Under the pieces are notes generated by a model. It ran no database searches and had not been told where the DNA came from. It saw only the letters and a list, made by a program, of their open reading frames with translations. Positions 6,793-12,037 of a stretch of 12,037 nucleotides of DNA are shown piece after piece; the stretch's first letter is position 1; every line of letters starts with the position of its first letter. The stretch lies in NCBI GenBank assembly GCA_048882045.1, contig JBHLRZ010000057.1:1-12037 (forward strand), written 5' to 3'. The stretch is from Candidatus Thorarchaeota archaeon. Its GTDB lineage: Archaea > Asgardarchaeota > Thorarchaeia > Thorarchaeales > Thorarchaeaceae. A program made the translations under genes and the position numbers.

Positions 6793-7349
6793 TGAATATG
6801 AAACAAAAGAATGTCATTCTCCCCTTTCTAAGACGTGCCCTTTTCGCAAGCGTCGAACATCTAGGAATACAAAGAAGTGCAACTGAAATTCTTGTCATCC
6901 TTTATCTTGAGAAACAGAAGAATAATCCCACAATGTCAATAAAGGAGATAGTGGAAAAATCAAATCTATCCCTCAGTTCAGTTTCAGTTTTATGCTCACG
7001 GCTAGAAACAGAAGGTATCCTCATCAGACATTCCGATGATTCAACGCTGGGACGTGGAAGAAGGAAGATACTCTATGAGTTTGCCATGGGTATAGATGGA
7101 TTACTTGCACTTGGAACAAACAAGTACATTCGGGATGTTGGACGAATATGCCGGGACATTAAGCTGTACCTAAAACAGAATGAAAGCGAAGATAATGTTC
7201 ACATTGAATTATTATCCAGACTAAAGAATGAGGTTTGCTCTTTTTTAGAACACAACAGAGTAGCTATTGAATCTACTACTTCAATGTTTGAAAAAGAATC
7301 GCAAGGTGAAATTGATTTGAAAGAGAAAATAGTAGAGGGTGCATTTTGA
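6792..7349 (+). CDS. Winged-HTH transcriptional regulator (MarR/GbsR-like)
   Basis: HLGIQRSATEILVILYL..MSIKEIVEKSNLSLSSVSVLCSRLETEGIL..GRGRRKILYEF. GTG 6792 overlaps the kinase stop; ATG 6798 is an alternative start. Confidence 0.85.
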   Translation: MNMKQKNVILPFLRRALFASVEHLGIQRSATEILVILYLEKQKNNPTMSIKEIVEKSNLSLSSVSVLCSRLETEGILIRHSDDSTLGRGRRKILYEFAMGIDGLLALGTNKYIRDVGRICRDIKLYLKQNESEDNVHIELLSRLKNEVCSFLEHNRVAIESTTSMFEKESQGEIDLKEKIVEGAF

Positions 7350-7405
7350 AAATTAAATCATTTGAAAGGAAACTCTTGTTTCAGGATTGACTGCTTTCAC
7401 AAGAA

Positions 7406-8602
7406 ATGAAGAATCTGGAGCGTCGAGATATGATAACGAATGAAAAAGGATTGTTCATCATCCACAGATTTTCTGGAATGGCTCTGTATTCACATGAGTT
7501 TGTAAGAGGTGAATTGGATCCCCAACTGTTATCTGGATTTATTGGTGCAATGACAAGTTTCCTTGGCGAAGCTCTTAGTTCTAAAGAATCTGGCTGGAAG
7601 ACAACATACGGTTCTGAAACAACTCTAATTGTAGAAGCTGGAGAGTGGACAACAGCGGTCTTGGTTGTCTTAAAAGACAATGGCCTTCTTCACAACAAGG
7701 TTCGATTGATAGTTGCTGAATTTGAGAACACATTTCAAGCTTACCGGGAAGTGCCTTGTTTTGAAGGGGGGATAATTGATTCATTTGATGAGTTTGTCAT
7801 GAGAGTTTTCACAGATGAGAAAATTACACCAAGAACATGTATAAGAAAGAAAGAGGATTCGAACGAGGAAATCCTTCCTTTTGCTCGTTTTAGTCAGTCA
7901 TATGTTGTTCACTCCTCGCTTTCAATGCTTGATAAAATAATATCTCTTGAAGAGTTTGCTGAACGCCAGGATATCTCTTTCGAGATGGCAAAAGAAATTG
8001 TTATGTTTGCTTATTGGCATAATGGCATCGACATGCTCTATATTCCATCTGATGATGATATCTTAACTCCAACTGAGAAGTCTCTTTCTACGATTTTTTC
8101 TGATGGGAATCCTCTAGGTCTATCAAGATATACATTGTTTATAGTAGGCAGTTTGAATGGTCGAAAACCACTTGGGAAGCTTCTCAATCGTTGGAACTTG
8201 GAAGAAGAAAATATACGGTTTGAATTGGGCTCTCTGATCACTCAAGGTTTTCTTCAAAAATCAACTCCAGAGCACAATTTGATTCTAGGGCATGAAGCCA
8301 TGCTTAATCGATTCTTAGCGCAGTGCAAGAATCTTGTATCACAACAAACTCTCACGGAAGCACTGCTCACTATTTTTGTAAACGGTATTGAAACACATCC
8401 TTGGCTTTCACGGATTCGCATTCAGGATGGGTTCAATCTGGAATGCAAGATTGATGAAACTATGTCTCCAAATGACTATGGCGATTTGTATGACGCTCTT
8501 CAATATGTGATGAATGAAACAGGTCGAAAATTGTCAGTTGTCATTGACGAAGAGAAGATCAATGAAGCCCTCATTCAGGCAAGACTGAGAGGTTATGGAT
8601 AA
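7406..8602 (+). CDS. Longin-like N-terminal domain plus tandem winged-helix regions (NPRL2-like architecture)
   Basis: The N-terminus GLFIIHRFSGMALYSHEF..LDPQLLSGFIGAMTSFLGE..IVAEFENTF is a typical Asgard longin-like pattern. Two wHTH-like segments follow: LDKIISLEEFAERQDISFEMAKEIVMFAYWHNGI and LNGRKPLGKLLNRWNLEEENIRFELGSLITQGFL. ATG 7430 is an alternative start. Confidence 0.7.
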   Translation: MKNLERRDMITNEKGLFIIHRFSGMALYSHEFVRGELDPQLLSGFIGAMTSFLGEALSSKESGWKTTYGSETTLIVEAGEWTTAVLVVLKDNGLLHNKVRLIVAEFENTFQAYREVPCFEGGIIDSFDEFVMRVFTDEKITPRTCIRKKEDSNEEILPFARFSQSYVVHSSLSMLDKIISLEEFAERQDISFEMAKEIVMFAYWHNGIDMLYIPSDDDILTPTEKSLSTIFSDGNPLGLSRYTLFIVGSLNGRKPLGKLLNRWNLEEENIRFELGSLITQGFLQKSTPEHNLILGHEAMLNRFLAQCKNLVSQQTLTEALLTIFVNGIETHPWLSRIRIQDGFNLECKIDETMSPNDYGDLYDALQYVMNETGRKLSVVIDEEKINEALIQARLRGYG

Positions 8603-8730
8603 TAGTTCTGCATTCTGGAATTATTAATACGGAGCCAAGCCACAAGTCGTTTCTTCTATCGAATTGTTGGAATAGCAGAACATTCAAAACTATCTTCTAT
8701 GACCACGTGACGTAATGTGAGGACCTCACA

Positions 8731-8882
8731 ATGCCAAAGGAATCGTTTGACAAACTCGCTAAGATGAGAGAGAAAGCACTTGAAGCTGGAGGCGAAGAGA
8801 GAAAGAAACTTCAGCATGATGCTGGAAAGTAACTGCCAGAGAGATAATTGAGAAGCTACTCGATCCTGGTTCATTTGTTTAG
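8731..8882 (+). pseudogene. Degraded 5' fragment of an acyl-CoA carboxylase/decarboxylase carboxyltransferase (PccB/MmdA-type beta subunit)
   Basis: GTGAGGA SD then ATG 8731: MPKESFDKLAKMREKALEAGGEERKKLQHDAGK, TAA at 8830. After a 1-nt frameshift it continues TAREIIEKLLDPGSFV, then TAG (8880) where GAG/Glu is expected. Matches the family N-terminal motif GG..R...QH..GKLTARERI..LLDPGSF.E. Confidence 0.85.
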
Positions 8883-9019
8883 GTTGAGCATGTATAGCTC
8901 CTCCAATTCAATCCACGCTTTCTCTTGCTTGTATTTTCTTAACACCGAAAGCTACGGTCGTGCAACATTGTCGAATGAACATAATATAAGAACCAAATGA
9001 ATAAAGGACACTTGACGGA

Positions 9020-9913
9020 GTGGCATGGGATATGGATATCGCGATTGAGTATACAATCAAGAATGACAAGCCCAGGGTACTCATACAGAGGGACCAACCC
9101 ATCACCATCGATACCCAGAAGGCGTTCACACAGACAGATGTACGTCTAAGAAATCAAGAGGTCTTGACCATCAATATCTCTGAGTTGAGCATGTGCCCTA
9201 TCATAGAAGAGGTCGACCTTCGCCTCAATAAAATCGAGCATATTGACCTGACCTCTCTCTCCTCGTGTACTGTTCTTCAAGATCTCACCCTGTCGGGTAA
9301 TCGTCTTCAGGCTCTTGACCTATCTCCACTCAGCTCCTGTACTATGCTTCAGTCCCTCGAGCTCGGCACCAATCAACTGAGTAGTATTGACCTAACCCCC
9401 CTCAGTTCGTGTACTGCCCTGAAAACCATCTATCTAGGGCATAATCAGCTTCAGAGCATTGATCTCACACCCCTCGCCTCCTGTCACGAGCTGAAGAACC
9501 TATGGCTTCACTCGAATCAGCTCAAGCACATTGACTTGAGCCCACTCAGTGGCTGCGTCCATCTGCGGCTTCTCTCTCTCGGTGAAAATCGATTACGAAA
9601 CATCAACCTTGGTCCGTTGAGCAGCTGTACCGATCTAGAATCGCTGGACCTGAGATACAATCTTCTTCGAAAAATCGACCTTGGTCCTCTCAGCTCGTGC
9701 AGTCGCCTGAAATCACTCTCTCTCAGAAGAAACCAGCTGAAAAACATAGATCTCGCTCCCCTCAGTTTCTGCAAAGAGCTATTCACCTTGTTTCTAGACT
9801 ACAATCGACTTAAGAAAATTGATCTAAAGCCACTTGACTCTTGCCCTCGTCTGAACAGTCTCTATCTGAAGGGAAATGCGACGCATTTCGATGACTGGTC
9901 TGCAGACCATTAG
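9020..9913 (+). CDS. Leucine-rich repeat protein, about 10-11 repeats of 22 aa
   Basis: Repeat consensus LxxLxLxxNxLxxIDLxPLSSCxx. No signal peptide or TM segment seen. Start may be GTG 9020 or ATG 9032. Confidence 0.93.
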   Translation: MAWDMDIAIEYTIKNDKPRVLIQRDQPITIDTQKAFTQTDVRLRNQEVLTINISELSMCPIIEEVDLRLNKIEHIDLTSLSSCTVLQDLTLSGNRLQALDLSPLSSCTMLQSLELGTNQLSSIDLTPLSSCTALKTIYLGHNQLQSIDLTPLASCHELKNLWLHSNQLKHIDLSPLSGCVHLRLLSLGENRLRNINLGPLSSCTDLESLDLRYNLLRKIDLGPLSSCSRLKSLSLRRNQLKNIDLAPLSFCKELFTLFLDYNRLKKIDLKPLDSCPRLNSLYLKGNATHFDDWSADH

Positions 9914-10785
9914 GGCGGGCGAAAATCAGTGAGCGACTCCAGTGAGTCGATGGGACTTGTGTCCAGTCCTCTGATCGGATTGTCATCGATTCTCAGAACA
10001 TTGAGTCTGCGACACTCAGAAAGTGGTGTGAGGTCCATGGACCTCAGTCTATTGTCAGACAGGTCGAGATGTGTGAGATTCTTGCACTTTGACAATGGCG
10101 AGAGGTCTATGTCCTCCAGTCGATTCTCAAACAATATGATTTTGTCTAGATTGGTACATTCGGCCAGAGGTGTGAGGTTAATTCTCTGCAATTGGTTTCT
10201 AGCAACAACCAACATTGTCATGTCACACTGCGCAAGCGGCGTCAGGTCCAGTTCTTGCAGCCTGTTCGACCTCAGACTTAGAACGTTCAGTCGCTTACAA
10301 GATGAGAGAGGCGTGAGGTCCAGTGTTTCGATCCCATTCTCGTTGAGCGATACTTCACGTAGACTCTTATTCTGTGCCAAAGGTCCTAGATCACAGCCAG
10401 TTATTTCATTGTTATCACAAATGATCTTCTCAAGACTGGCCAATCCTGCCATAAACTCAAAGTCCATACTGGTCATTCCAAGCCCTATGAAACTGATTCT
10501 TTCGAGAGTGGTACAGTTACCAAGGGGCAATAGGCTCGTTTCTTGAAACCCGCTGCAATATTGAATGAAGAGAGTCTGTAAAATCTCAAGACGTGCTATC
10601 TCTTTCATCAATCTGGTAGAGAACGGACCCACATCACTGAAGGCGAGGTATTCCAAACTTGGAACATTGACCAGTAGATCGGGGAGTGCAGTGAGTGGTG
10701 TGAAGTCTCTAAGATAGAGATGTTTCAGGTTCTCCAGTTGCCTCAGGGGTGAGAAGTCAAGACCCTCCAATGATTCCCCTCTCAA
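9910..10785 (-). CDS. Leucine-rich repeat protein, about 12 repeats; 5' end possibly truncated or frameshifted
   Basis: LxxLxLxxNxLxxLDLTPLxxC repeats, regular at the C-terminus and irregular at the N-terminus. The frame stays open and LRR-like (TILENLTL) upstream of the TTG up to stops at 10825-10830. Confidence 0.85.
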   Translation of the reverse strand: MRGESLEGLDFSPLRQLENLKHLYLRDFTPLTALPDLLVNVPSLEYLAFSDVGPFSTRLMKEIARLEILQTLFIQYCSGFQETSLLPLGNCTTLERISFIGLGMTSMDFEFMAGLASLEKIICDNNEITGCDLGPLAQNKSLREVSLNENGIETLDLTPLSSCKRLNVLSLRSNRLQELDLTPLAQCDMTMLVVARNQLQRINLTPLAECTNLDKIILFENRLEDIDLSPLSKCKNLTHLDLSDNRLRSMDLTPLSECRRLNVLRIDDNPIRGLDTSPIDSLESLTDFRPP

Positions 10786-10915
10786 GGTAAGGTTTTCTAG
10801 AATTGTGACTCGACCTACCCATATTCATTACTTCAACTACTATCAAGCAATGTACTCCACTGCCTATTTATCAATTTCAATGCAGATGAATCAGAAGACC
10901 AGATTCATAAGTTAG

Positions 10916-12037
10916 ATGGAGTTCCTGGAGAGGAAGATAGTCGTGATAATTCTTAATGCTGAGATCTCTGATGGAACTATTGAAGAGTTTGAGGTTGATG
11001 ATGACCAAACAGAAGTCTATCTCGAATATTGCGATATCATCAGCATTGATCTTTCCCCACTCAGTTCATGTGATGAGTTGGTGAAGCTTAGTCTGATTAG
11101 TAACGCGATTGAGCGTATCGACCTGACCCCCCTAAAATCTTGTGCCAATCTGCAATTTCTATGGCTCAAGGAGAATGAACTAGAAACGATCGACTTGTCA
11201 CCACTCAGCTTATGTCATAACTTAAGGGAACTATCTATTACGGGGAATTTTCTCAGAGAAGTCGATTTGAGTCCCCTTCGGAACTGTACTGGTCTTGAAC
11301 TGTTGGGTCTGGGTGCAAACAGGCTCAAGCATGTTGATCTTGAACCACTGAGGTACTTTGGAGAGCTTGATGTTCTTTATCTCTTTGATAACGGACTCAA
11401 GAGCATCGACCTTGACCCGCTACGTTCCTGTATGAAATTCAAGGAACTTCAGCTCTATCAAAATGACCTGACTGAGGTTGAGCTAACTCCCCTCCGTACC
11501 TGTGTTAATCTGAACTGGCTAGACGTGAGCACAAATCAATTATCAGTAATCGACCTGGCACCTCTCGGCACCTGCACGAACCTCTCAAAGCTGAATCTCA
11601 GCAGTAACTTGCTTGAGAGTATTGACCTCCGTCCTCTGAGTGCATGCAGAGGTCTCGATGCACTCGCCCTGAATAATAACTGGCTCACAACGCTCGACCT
11701 CTCGCCTTTGGTCATGTGTCAGGATCTGACGCAAATATACCTCCAGAACAATAAGCTCAGAAAACTCGACCTCACTCCCCTGGGACTGGCTGACGGACTG
11801 AGTAGCAGTAGCTGGGAGATGCACTTCTTCGTGGACTCTTATATTCCGCTAATTGAAACCCTGTTCAGCGAGCAGAACTTCTGGTCAGTATACAGTGAAA
11901 CGCCATTATCCATTCGATATGACACACCTCTGTTCATTCCAGACCTGACAGTCATATCACAAATCATGAACAAGGTCATCACAAGTGAGCTGAAATGGAA
12001 GACAACACATCTCCTTCACAACACCCTCTTGCTTCTC
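10916..12037 (+). CDS. Leucine-rich repeat protein, 11 repeats plus a non-LRR C-terminal region; runs off the window, not in the ORF track
   Basis: Open from ATG 10916 (GTG 10943 is an alternative) to the window end: MEFLERKIVVIILNAEISDGTIEEFEVDDDQTEVYLEYCDIISIDLSPLSSCDELVKLSLISNAIERIDLTPLKSC... Eleven (D/E)LxPL units, then GLSSSSWEMHFFVDSYIPL...KWKTTHLLHNTLLLL. Confidence 0.93.
   Translation, partial: MEFLERKIVVIILNAEISDGTIEEFEVDDDQTEVYLEYCDIISIDLSPLSSCDELVKLSLISNAIERIDLTPLKSCANLQFLWLKENELETIDLSPLSLCHNLRELSITGNFLREVDLSPLRNCTGLELLGLGANRLKHVDLEPLRYFGELDVLYLFDNGLKSIDLDPLRSCMKFKELQLYQNDLTEVELTPLRTCVNLNWLDVSTNQLSVIDLAPLGTCTNLSKLNLSSNLLESIDLRPLSACRGLDALALNNNWLTTLDLSPLVMCQDLTQIYLQNNKLRKLDLTPLGLADGLSSSSWEMHFFVDSYIPLIETLFSEQNFWSVYSETPLSIRYDTPLFIPDLTVISQIMNKVITSELKWKTTHLLHNTLLLL

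Noticed and set aside
198-8241. Remaining short track ORFs nested in or antisense to the main genes (e.g. 198..413, 664..963, 2887..3087, 3643..4005, 6270..6608, 7381..7680)
   Set aside because: They overlap well-supported genes and have no motifs of their own.
8656-9129. Minus-strand ORFs 8656..8874 and 8908..9129
   Set aside because: No recognisable motifs. They lie opposite the carboxyltransferase relic and the LRR gene start.
9929-10546. 205-aa plus-strand ORF, and likewise 9517..9786 and 11585..11824
   Set aside because: Antisense shadows of LRR genes. Ser/Arg-rich translations with no independent motif.
10886-10908. ATGAATC-N9-GATTCAT inverted repeat between the divergent LRR genes
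   Set aside because: Could be an operator, but a single 7-bp inverted repeat is too weak to call.
9150-11790. 66-bp periodicity as a CRISPR array or DGR template/variable repeat pair
   Set aside because: The repeats are degenerate codon-level LRR units with no identical direct repeats or unique spacers. No adenine-specific near-identical pair was seen, and there is no cas or reverse transcriptase gene in the window.

Overview
Archaeal-looking DNA. The mix of several roadblock/LC7 proteins, an MglA-type small GTPase, a longin-like protein, a V4R-like protein and 'DLxPLxxC' LRR proteins suggests an Asgard archaeon, possibly Thorarchaeia (inference, not a database result). Positions 1-8602 form one co-directional signalling and regulatory cluster: wHTH regulator (partial), wHTH-3xPAS regulator, 38-aa Cys microprotein, V4R-like protein, a second 39-aa paralogous microprotein missed by the ORF track, roadblock, small GTPase, two more roadblocks, a soluble PAS histidine kinase, a second wHTH regulator, and a longin + tandem-wHTH protein with NPRL2-like architecture. 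It resembles both a bacterial conservon/MglAB module and the parts list of the eukaryotic Rag-Ragulator-GATOR1 system, apparently tied to Cys-rich (metal/Fe-S/redox) sensing. Next come a decayed fragment of an acyl-CoA carboxylase beta-subunit gene (8731-8882) and three 22-aa-repeat LRR genes, the last running off the window and absent from the ORF track.
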